This document shows positions 63,659 to 64,000 of a stretch of DNA of 64,000 bases, piece by piece. Location of the stretch: positions 9,052,001 to 9,116,000 of the forward strand of contig JBHGNT010000015.1 in the NCBI GenBank assembly GCA_043228905.1, written 5' to 3'. The notes beneath the pieces were generated by a model. The model did not search any database. It was given only the letters and a program-made list of their open reading frames with translations, and was not told where the DNA came from. Position 1 is the first letter of the stretch. The number at the start of each line of letters is the position of its first letter. Origin of the DNA: Azolla caroliniana. Taxonomy: Eukaryota > Plantae > Polypodiophyta. Position numbers and translations under genes: made by a program.

Positions 63659-64000
63659 GGAATGTACACCGTTGTATGCAGAGTGCGTCAACATGCTAGA
63701 AGGATTAGCTGACAAAGAAGAAGCTCAGTACTTGCAGGAAAACCCGAAGATCATACCCCTCTTCGAAATTGACATTGCCGAAGCAGTAGCACCATACATA
63801 CTGCAACCGGAAGAGGCTGAAGCAGAACCGGATAAAGACGCAATCCGGGAGTTACGGCAAGCGCAGGAAGCGTTGGAACGGGAAATGGTCATTTCACAGC
63901 GCGTAAAAGCGTCGCAACTGGAAGAGGTGAACCTAGGGACCACGGACGAAGCAAAACCGGTGCACATCGCTAAGGAGATGAAGTCCGAAGACAAAACGGC

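Larger units (their letters stand above)
55116..64000 (+). mobile_element. Non-chromoviral (Athila/Tat-like) Gypsy H: 5' LTR 55116-~55550, PBS TGGCGACCAC 55556-55565, decayed gag-PR 55602-58200 resuming at 63659
   Basis: Three CCHC knuckles, DGGSGVNVI protease, LLGRPWL; PBS resembles the tRNA-Arg type; runs off the right edge. Confidence 0.85.

Overview
Eukaryotic, gene-free heterochromatin-like window made almost entirely of nested retrotransposons. The lineage mix (a Tcn1-type chromovirus and a tRNA-Trp-primed Gypsy family) suggests a non-seed land plant; this is inference. Full-length elements with LTR pairs and TSDs: two chromoviral Gypsy copies (A 4163-11037, old; B 12828-19880, LTRs differ at 1 base) and one intact Copia (I 58201-63658, identical LTRs, uninterrupted 1364-aa gag-pol). 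The rest is truncated Copia/Gypsy elements, two solo LTRs, a 5'-truncated L1 LINE and a decayed possible P-like transposase. No host gene, true RNA gene or CRISPR array was found. Most notable signals: (1) a tRNA-Trp-primed Gypsy family with a 4-bp TSD, all three visible insertion flanks at RCGY, and a conserved G_GAU_UUU -1 frameshift after the protease; (2) antisense tRNA-like A-box/B-box cassettes in the LTRs of two unrelated Gypsy families; (3) a ~56-bp-period array of GAGGT-N4-ACCTC hairpins in the A/B leader; (4) a Tf1-like self-priming PBS in the Tcn1 element; (5) TG...TA LTR termini in both a Gypsy and a Copia family; (6) U3 sequence shared between a Copia LTR and a Gypsy LTR. All alignments were done by eye.
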